Below are positions 56,217 through 64,000 of a stretch of DNA of 64,000 bases, in pieces. How positions within the stretch are numbered: position 1 is the stretch's first letter; each line of letters begins with the position of its first letter. The notes beneath the pieces were generated by a model. The model made no database searches. It was not told the DNA's origin and worked only from the letters and a program-made list of their open reading frames with translations. The stretch spans positions 160,001-224,000 of the forward strand of contig CAWFKQ010000009.1 of assembly GCA_963816395.1 (NCBI GenBank). Reading direction: 5' to 3'. This stretch comes from an uncultured delta proteobacterium. Lineage in GTDB: Bacteria; Desulfobacterota; Desulfuromonadia; Desulfuromonadales; JACZKF01. The position numbers were made by a program, and so were the translations under genes.

Positions 56217-57389
56217 ATGAGATCAGCATATATCCTGGCCGCCTGCCGGACCGCCGGCGGCAAGGCGAAAAAAGGCAGCTTCAAGGACCTGCGGCCGGAC
56301 GATCTGGCGGCGGCCGCGATCAAGGGTCTGGTGGAGCGCACCGGCATCGACCCGCAGCGGATCGAGGACGTGATCCTCGGCTGCGCCTTTCCGGAAGCCG
56401 AGCAGGGGATGAACGTCGCCCGCGTGGCCGCCCTGCGCGCCGGCCTGCCGTACCAGGTGCCGGGGCAGACGGTCAACCGCTTCTGCTCCTCCGGCCTGCA
56501 GAGCATCGCCCTGGCCGCCGAGCGGATCATGTGCGGCTTCGCCGACTGCATCGTCGCCGGCGGCACCGAGTCGATGAGCCTGGTGCCGATGGGGGGCAAC
56601 AAATTCAGCGCCAACCCGAGCTTGGTGGCCGAATGGCCCGAATCGTACGCCTCCATGGGAATCACCGCCGAACTGGTGGCGCAGAAATACGGCATCTCCC
56701 GCGAGGACCAGGACCGCTTCGCCCTCGCCAGCCACCAGAAGGCGGCGGCGGCCATCGCCGAGGGGCGCTTCGCCGGCGAGATCGTGCCGGTGGAGATCGA
56801 GAAGGCGACCGTGGCCGGCAGGAAGGTGCGCAAGGAGAAGGAGATCGTCGCCGTCGACGAGGGGGTGCGCGGCGACACCACCCTGGAAGGACTCGGTAAG
56901 CTGAAGCCGGCCTTCAAGGTGGACGGCACGGTGACCGCCGGCAACTCGTCGCAGATGACCGACGGGGCGGCGGCCGCCCTGGTCGTCTCCGAGGCCTTCC
57001 TGAAGCAGCTCGGCAAAGAACCCCTGGCCCGCTTCGTCGCCTTCGCCGTCCGCGGCGTGCCGCCGGAGATCATGGGGATCGGCCCGGTGGAAGCGATCCC
57101 GGCGGCGCTGAAGATGGCGGGCCTGCAGGCGGCCGACATCGGCCTGCTCGAGCTCAACGAGGCGTTCGCCGCCCAGTCCCTGGCGATCCTGCGGGAACTG
57201 AGCCTCGATCCCGAAAGGGTCAATGTCAACGGCGGCGCCATCGCCCTGGGTCATCCCTTGGGCTGCACCGGCGCCAAGCTCACCGCCACCCTGCTCGCCG
57301 AAATGGGCCGGCGCCAGGTGAAATACGGCATGGTCTCCATGTGCATCGGCGGCGGTATGGGCGCGGCGGGAATTTTCGAGAAGATGTAG
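56217..57389 (+). CDS. fadA: Acetyl-CoA C-acyltransferase (thiolase)
   Basis: [27 protein letters not shown]; intact 390 aa. Confidence 0.95.
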   Translation: MRSAYILAACRTAGGKAKKGSFKDLRPDDLAAAAIKGLVERTGIDPQRIEDVILGCAFPEAEQGMNVARVAALRAGLPYQVPGQTVNRFCSSGLQSIALAAERIMCGFADCIVAGGTESMSLVPMGGNKFSANPSLVAEWPESYASMGITAELVAQKYGISREDQDRFALASHQKAAAAIAEGRFAGEIVPVEIEKATVAGRKVRKEKEIVAVDEGVRGDTTLEGLGKLKPAFKVDGTVTAGNSSQMTDGAAAALVVSEAFLKQLGKEPLARFVAFAVRGVPPEIMGIGPVEAIPAALKMAGLQAADIGLLELNEAFAAQSLAILRELSLDPERVNVNGGAIALGHPLGCTGAKLTATLLAEMGRRQVKYGMVSMCIGGGMGAAGIFEKM

Positions 57390-57436
57390 GGGCAGGGCTC
57401 TGCCCTGCCCAGGGACGCAGCAGACAGCGCCCCTAC
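57386..57436. repeat. GTAG-type REP doublet overlapping the thiolase stop codon
   Basis: GTAGGGGCAGGGC-TCT-GCCCTGCCC...GCGCCCCTAC; 51 bp, the same length as the element at 56146. Confidence 0.7.
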
Positions 57437-57467
57437 AATACTCATCAGGATAATATCGAGGTGAATC

Positions 57468-59247
57468 ATGGCGGAGAGAATTTTCAAGGGCGGCGAGTTT
57501 CTGGTGACCGAGGTCAGGGGGGAGGAAATCTTCACCCCGGAGGATTTCACCGACGAACAGAGACAGATCGCGGAAACGACGCAGCAGTTCGTAACCAACG
57601 ACATCCTCCCGCACGCCGAGGAGATCGAGCATCAGGATTTCACCAAGGTAGTGGAAGGGATGCGCAAGTGCGGCGAGCTGGGACTGCTGATGATCGATGC
57701 GCCGGAGCAGTACGGCGGGCTGGAGCTGGACAAGGCGACCAGCATGCTGGTGGGGGAGAAGATCGGCCCTTCCGGCTCCTTCTCCGTCGCCTTCGCCGCC
57801 CATACCGGCATCGGCACCCTGCCCCTGATCTATTACGGGACCGCGGCGCAGAAGGAGCAGTATCTGGGAAAGATCATCTCCGGCGAATGGATCGCCGCCT
57901 ATTGTCTGACCGAGCCCGAATCGGGAAGTGATGCCCTTGGCGCCCGGGCGACCGCCACCCTGTCGCCGGACGGCAAATACTACCTGCTGAACGGCACCAA
58001 GCAATTCATCACCAACGCCGCTTTCGCCGACCTGTTCACCGTCTTCGCCAAGGTCGACAAGGAGCAGTTTACCGCCTTTCTCGTCGAGCGCGACTTCGCG
58101 GGGGTGAGCATCGGGCCGGAGGAGAAGAAGCTGGGGATCAAGGGCTCCTCCACCTGCCAGGTCATCCTCGACAACGCCCGGGTGCCGGTGGAGAATCTCC
58201 TCGGCGAGATCGGCAAGGGGCACAAGATCGCCTTCAACGTCCTCAACGTCGGCCGCTTCAAGCTCGGCGCCGGGGTCACCGGCGCCGCCAAGGGCGCCCT
58301 CGGGGTGGGGATCAAGTACGCCAACGAGCGCAAGCAGTTCGGCAGGCAGATCAGCTCCTTCGGCGCCATCCAGGAGAAGATCGCCGACTTGACCGCCGAC
58401 CTGTTCGCCTCCGAGTCCCTGGTCTACCGCCTGGCCGGCCTGCTCGACAGCAAACTCGGCACCATCGACCAGGGGGATCGCAAACTACTATGAGGAGTAC
58501 CAGAAGGGGATCGAGGAGTACGCGCCGGAGTGCGCCATCTCCAAGGTCTTCTGCAGCGACGTGCTGGCCGAGGTGGTGGACGAGGTGGTGCAGATCCACG
58601 GCGGCTACGGCTTCATCAGCGAATATCCCGCCGAGCGCTTCTACCGCGACGAGCGCATCAACCGCATCTTCGAGGGGACCAACGAGGTCAACCGTCTGCT
58701 CATCCCCGGGATGATCCTGCGCAAGGCGATGAAGGGGGAGTTGCCCCTGCAGAAGGAGGCGATGAAGGCCTTCGAGTCGCTGATGACCCCCGCCTTCGAG
58801 GAGATCGACGACAGCCTGCCCTTTGCCCGGGAGAAGGCACTTTTGCAGAACCTCAAGACCCTCTTCCTCCTCCTCGCCGGCGCCGCCGTGCAGAAATACA
58901 TGGACCGGCTGCAGAACGAGCAGGAGATCCTCCTCGCCGCCGCCGACGTGGCGATCCAGATCTTCGCCCTGGAGAGCGCCGTGCTGCGGGCCGAAAAAAC
59001 CTATCCCCGGGCCAGCGAAAACCGCCAGGCGCTGCTGCAGGCGGCGGTCAGGATCTTCGCCTTCAAGGCCACCGAAGCGATCGGCACGGCGGCGAAAAAG
59101 GGCGCTTTCTACATCGAGGAGGGGGATACCCTGAGCATGCTGCTGAGCGGCGTGCGGCGCTTCGCCAAATACGACGCCAGCGGCCTGCTGGCGGCCAAGC
59201 GCCAGCTGGCGCAGGCGGCCATCGAGGCAGAGAAGTATGTATTTTAA
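57468..59247 (+). CDS. fadE: Acyl-CoA dehydrogenase (FadE, Bacillus-type long form), frameshift near 58480
   Basis: KGGEFL, AHTGIGTLP, CLTEPESGSD, KLGIKGSST, QIHGGYG, RDERINRIFEGTNE. Confidence 0.92.
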
Positions 59248-59352
59248 TCCCCAGTCCAGGATCCGGACTTGCTCCGATTGCCACGGACTTTGGGGCCTTG
59301 GACCCGGAACCTGGATTTTTTGACCTGAGATCTTTGCCTTCGACGGTTTTAG

Positions 59353-60327
59353 ATGCGCAAGCACACCATCCAGACCCCCTATGTGGTCGGCGAGGTCCAT
59401 CTCTATACGACCGAGCTGAATGGCGAACTCGTCCTCTTCGATACCGGCCCCGACACCCCGGAGGCACTCGATTACCTCTTGGGCCACATCGATCTCGACC
59501 GGCTGCGGCACGTGTTCATCACCCACTGCCACGTCGACCATTATGGGCTGGCCGCTTATATCGGCCGAAACTCCCGGGCCGAGATCTATCTGCCGCGCCA
59601 GGATGACCTGAAATTCCGCCACCATGAAAGACGCCTGGAGCATATCGCGGGGCTGCTGCGGGAGTGCGGATTCGACGACGACTTCATCCGCTCGGTGCGG
59701 GCGACGGTGGGGCGCAATGGGATCTTCCCCCCCGTCCCCGGCAACTACCGGATCGTCGAGGAAGCGGCGGCGCCGCGCCGGCTGGGGATCTCCTGGCTGA
59801 GCTGCCCGGGCCATTCGCAGAGCGATCTGGTCTACCTGGTCGGCGACTGTGCCGTTACCGGCGACATCCTGCTGCCGGACACCTTCCAGGCGCCGCTGCT
59901 GGACATCGATCTCGACACCTTCGCCGGCCGCTTCCGCAATTACGAGGCCTACTGCGCCAGCCTGGTCAAACTGGCGCAGCTGCGCGGCCGCCGCCTTCTT
60001 CCCGGCCACCGGCAGGAAGTCGGCAGCCTGGAGGAAACGATCCTCTTCTATGCCGGCAAGCTGCTGGAGCGGGCGGCCCGGATCAAGACGTTCGCCGGCG
60101 TGCCGGCGGTCAGCGAGGTCGTCCGGGGGCTGTTCGGCGATTCACTCGTCGATCCGTTCGTGGTTTACATCAAGGCTTCGGAAGTCATCTTCATGCGCGA
60201 TTTCCTCGCCGCGCCCGGACGGCTGCGGTCGGCCCTGGAGCGGATCGGCCTTTTTTCCCGGATAAGCGATGCGTTTGCGGCGGTGACCGGCGAGGCGCCC
60301 CGCCTGATGAGCGGAGGAGAAGGATGA
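59353..60327 (+). CDS. Metallo-beta-lactamase-fold hydrolase
   Basis: LFDTG, THCHVDHYG, PGHS, TGD, PGH. Confidence 0.88.
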   Translation: MRKHTIQTPYVVGEVHLYTTELNGELVLFDTGPDTPEALDYLLGHIDLDRLRHVFITHCHVDHYGLAAYIGRNSRAEIYLPRQDDLKFRHHERRLEHIAGLLRECGFDDDFIRSVRATVGRNGIFPPVPGNYRIVEEAAAPRRLGISWLSCPGHSQSDLVYLVGDCAVTGDILLPDTFQAPLLDIDLDTFAGRFRNYEAYCASLVKLAQLRGRRLLPGHRQEVGSLEETILFYAGKLLERAARIKTFAGVPAVSEVVRGLFGDSLVDPFVVYIKASEVIFMRDFLAAPGRLRSALERIGLFSRISDAFAAVTGEAPRLMSGGEG

Positions 60328-62356
60328 AGGATCTGCTGTTCACGCCGATCACCATCAACGGGCTGGAAGTGAAAAACCGGCTGTTCCTGCCGGCCATGCA
60401 CCTGAACATGTGCCGCAATTACCAGGTGACCGACCGCCTGATCGCTTTCTATGCCGAACGGGCGCGGGGAGGCGCCGGGATGATCACCGTCGGCTACGCC
60501 GCGGTCGACGAGCTGTCGGCCCACCCCCTGCACATCGGCGCCCACCGGGACGAATTCCTTCCCGGCCTGGCCCGCCTGGCGGCGGCGATCCGGGAGCACG
60601 GCGCCCGCGCCGCCGTCCAGCTCAACCACGCCGGCCGCTACAACCATTCCCTGCTGCTCGGCGGCAGGCAGCCGGTCGCCCCCTCGGCGGTCCCCTCGCG
60701 GCTCACCGGGGAGGCGCCGCGGGCCCTGGAGGCCGGGGAGATCCGGGAAATCATCGACAGTTTCGCCCGGGCGGCGCAACGGGTCAGGCAGGCCGGCTTC
60801 GACGCGGTGGAGATTCTCGCCGGCACCGGCTACCTGATCAGCGAATTCCTCTCCCCGCTGACCAACCGGCGCACCGACGAGTACGGCGGTTCCCTGGAAA
60901 ACCGGATGCGCTTCGGCCTGGAGGTGGTGCGCGCGGTCCGGGAAAAGATCGGCGACGATTTCCCTCTGGTGGTGCGGGTGAACGGCAACGATTTCATGCC
61001 GGGCGGGATCGGCCGCCGGGACCTGCAGGCTTTCGCCGTCCGTCTGGTGGCCGCCGGAGCGGACGCCCTGTGCGTCAACGTCGGCTGGCATGAGGCGGCC
61101 GTCCCCCAGATCGTCACCAAGGTGCCGCGCGGGGTCTTCGCCTATCTGGCGCGCGGCATCCGGGAGGCGGTGACGGTGCCGGTGATCGCCAGCCACCGCA
61201 TCAACGATCCCGCCGTCGCCCGGCAGATGCTCGCCGACGGGTCGTGCGACGCGGTGGCGATGGGGCGGGCGCTGATCGCCGATCCCTTCCTGCCGGAGAA
61301 GGCCCGCAGCGGCCGCGAGGAGCTGATCGTTCACTGCGTCGCCTGCGGTCAGGGGTGTTTCGACAACCTGTTCAAGATGAAAGCGGTCGAATGCCTCTGC
61401 AATCCCCTGGCCGGGCGGGAGTGGGAGACGGCGGTGAAGCGCTCCCCCGGCCGCCGCAAAGTGCTGGTGGCCGGCGGCGGCCCCGCCGGCATGAGCGCGG
61501 CCATTGCCGCTGCCGCGGCGGGAGATCGAGGTGGTGCTTTATGAGCAGGGCGACCGCCTCGGGGGGCAACTGCACCTGGCCGGTGCGCCGCCGGGACGCG
61601 AGGAGTTTGCCGCCCTCGCCGGGGACCTGGCCCGGCAACTGGCGGCGGGGGGGGTGCGGGTGGTGCTGAACCGGCCGGTCACCCGGCAGGTGCTCGATGC
61701 CGAGGGGCCGGAGGCGGTGGTGCTGGCCACCGGCGGGCTGCCCGTCGCCCCGCCCATCCCCGGCGCCGACCTGCCTCAGGTGGTGCAGGCCTGGGACGTG
61801 CTGGCCGGCCAGGCAACGGTGGGAAGCCGGGTGGCGGTGATCGGCGGCGGCGCAGTGGGGGTGGAGACCGCCCTGGCCTTGGCTGAACAGGGAACCCTCT
61901 CCGCCGAGGCGCTCAAATTTCTGCTGCTCCATGCGGCCGAGCCCCCCGAAGATCTGCAGCAGCTGGCGGTGCGGGGGAACAAGGAAATCATCCTGGTGGA
62001 AATGCTCGATGGGCTCGGGACCAATTTCGGCAAGACCACCCGCTGGGGGATGCTCCAGGATGTGCGGCGCTACGGCATCGGCAGCCGGCTCACCGCCAGG
62101 GTCCTCGCCATCACCTCGGCCGGCATCCGGCTGGAAGAGAACGGAAAAATCGAGGAGATCGCCGTCGATAGCGTGGTGCTGGCGGTGGGCACCCGGCTCG
62201 CACAACCCCCTGCAGGATCTCCTGACGGAAACGGGTATCCCCTTCCGGGTGGCGGGGGACGCCGCCCGGCCGGGAACCGCCCTCGATGCCGTGCATCAGG
62301 GATTTGCCGCCGCCCGCAGTCTGGCCTGCGCCGCCGAAAGGGAGGTTTCCCGATGA
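60324..62356 (+). CDS. fadH: 2,4-dienoyl-CoA reductase (NADPH), OYE-family FMN/Fe-S/FAD protein; frameshifts near 61520 and 62200
   Basis: FYAERARGG, GYLISEFLSP..N.RTDEYGGS, CVACGQGC...C.CNP, GGGPAG, IGGGAVGVE. Confidence 0.88.
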
Positions 62357-62910
62357 AGAAGCTTATCCTCGCCTTGTCCCTGCTGTTGCTCGCCGCCCCC
62401 TCCCAGGCCCTGGAAGTGAGCGGAGTGAGCCTTCCCGAGACGGTAACTATCAACAGCCGGCCGCTGGCGCTGAACGGTTACGGCATCCGCAAGAAGTTCT
62501 TCTTCAAGATCTATGTCGGTGCCCTTTACACGGCGCAGCCGGCGGCCTCCCTGGAACAGCTGCGCCGGGCCGGCGGCGACCAGTTGATCCGCATGGTTTT
62601 TCTCCACTCCCGGGTCGGGCGGGAGAAGATCGTCGGCGCCTTCGCCGAGGGGCTGGAAAAGAACGCCCCGCAGATCGCCCGATCGGCCGGCGCCAAGCGG
62701 TTCCTCGCCCTGTTTACCGACGATTTCGTCAAGGGGGATGTGGTCGACCTGGAACTGGAAGGGAAGGGAACGATCATCGCCCGGCACAACGGCCGGAGCC
62801 TGGGGTCGCTGACCGCCCCGGAACTGGTGCAGGGAATCCTGGCCATCTATCTGGGGGAGCATCCGGCCGATGCGGAGCTGAAGGAAGGCATGTTGGGGCG
62901 GAAACCGTAA
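62353..62910 (+). CDS. Secreted chalcone-isomerase-fold protein
   Basis: Signal peptide MKKLILALSLLLLAAPSQA; LNGYGIRKKFFFKIYVGALY; IYLGEHPADAELKEGMLG. Confidence 0.85.
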   Translation: MKKLILALSLLLLAAPSQALEVSGVSLPETVTINSRPLALNGYGIRKKFFFKIYVGALYTAQPAASLEQLRRAGGDQLIRMVFLHSRVGREKIVGAFAEGLEKNAPQIARSAGAKRFLALFTDDFVKGDVVDLELEGKGTIIARHNGRSLGSLTAPELVQGILAIYLGEHPADAELKEGMLGRKP

Positions 62911-63038
62911 GGTGCTGCCGCACAATGTTCCGCGCGCCTCCTGCGCATCTCTCCTGCGACAAGGGGAAACGCCGGTTTCCCCCATTTTTAGAACGCGGAA
63001 AAAGGGGGCGCTACCGAATCAAAAAAGGAGAACGCCAG

Positions 63039-63825
63039 ATGAAACCCGCCACGCCGCCGGCTGCAATCACCACCGTCCGTCAGGACCGCATTCTGCGGAT
63101 CCTCATCGACCGGCCGGAGAAGAAGAACGCCTTGACCAATGAGATGTATGCCGCCCTGGCCGCGGCGATCGAGGAGGGTGATCGCGATCCCGACATCCGC
63201 GTCCTCCTCCTGCAGGGGAACGGCGACTGCTTCACCAGCGGCTACGATCTGCAGGATTTTATGGATTCCCCGCCAGCCGGCGAGGGGAGCCCCGTCTTTC
63301 GTTTCCTGACGGCGATCAGCCAGGCGCAGAAGCCGCTGGTCGCTGCCGTGCGGGGCGTCGCCATCGGGGTTGGCACCACCCTGCTGCTGCACTGCGATCT
63401 GGCCTGCGCTGGGGAGAGCGCGGTTTTTCAACTCCCCTTCGTCAACTCTGGGACTCTGCCCCGAGGCGGCTTCCAGCCTGCTGCTGCCGAAGCTGGCCGG
63501 CTACCGGCAGGCCGCCGAACTGCTGCTGCTGGGGGAACCTTTCGGCGCCGGACGGGCGCGGGAGATCGGCCTGGTCAATGCCGTCTTCCCCGACGACCGG
63601 GTGCTTGAGGAGACCCTGGCTCTGGCGGAAAAGCTGGCGGCCCGCCCCCCGGCCTCGGTGCGCCTGACCAAGGCCTTGCTCAAGAAAGCAGAGGCGCGGG
63701 CGGTGGCGGAGACCATCGCCGAGGAGGGGCGCTGCTTCCTCGAACGGCTGCATTCGCCCGAAGCCGCGGAGGCCTTCGCCGCCTTTTTTGCCCGGCGGCA
63801 GCCTGACTTCTCATCTTTTTCATAA
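63039..63825 (+). CDS. Enoyl-CoA hydratase/isomerase (crotonase), frameshift near 63445
   Basis: RPEKKNALT, FTSGYDL, AIGVGTTLLLHCD, LGLCPEAASS, FFARRQPDF. Confidence 0.9.
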
Positions 63826-64000
63826 CGGGGAAAGCCGGCAAAGGTGCGGGAACATGGGACACCATCTCCGCCATACCGAAGGGAAAAGGGCGGCTGACCC
63901 TTATCCTCAGCCGTCTGGAAACAGATGCGGTTACTTGCTGAGAGGAAAGGCGTAGAGGGAAGGATGTTTTTAATTCCGGGAGGCGCCGAGAGCCTGGCGG

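Noticed and set aside
61504..62910. Apparent FadH C-terminus / chalcone-isomerase fusion
   Set aside because: A frameshift near 62200 creates the read-through; the CHI-fold gene has its own GGAGG RBS, ATG and signal peptide.

Overview
GC-rich bacterial chromosomal segment. Gene content (ImcH-like and CbcL-like inner-membrane cytochromes, split atpZ-I-B-E operon next to hemL) points to a Desulfuromonadales/Geobacter-related metal or electrode respirer. Order along the window: cheA-cheB, cysS, uvrB; acyl-CoA dehydrogenase, MerA-like flavoprotein and sugar ABC operon; NarL-type regulator followed by a candidate structured sRNA; UbiD-family decarboxylase; a luxR, lux box, luxI, pseudo-receiver, PAS/GGDEF*/EAL quorum-sensing module preceded by a NodIJ-like exporter; cytochrome c peroxidase, PLD-VTT fusion, fabH; a ~12 kb block with four predicted quinol:cytochrome c modules; the Fo ATP synthase genes, trmJ-like, hemL; and a lipid-scavenging/beta-oxidation cluster (fadL, Pla-1-like lipase, fadD, fadN, fadA, fadE, fadH, CHI-fold protein). 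Roughly half of the genes, including essential ones, carry single-base frameshifts. These are best explained as sequencing indels, so I joined the fragments by eye and the junction positions are approximate. All family assignments come from motif recognition; no database search was run. Strongest leads: (1) an AHL circuit translationally coupled to a predicted c-di-GMP phosphodiesterase, with a lux box 15/20 identical to the V. fischeri one; (2) a ~135 nt rod-like minus-strand sRNA with its own promoter and tandem palindromic sites; (3) the clustered respiratory modules.
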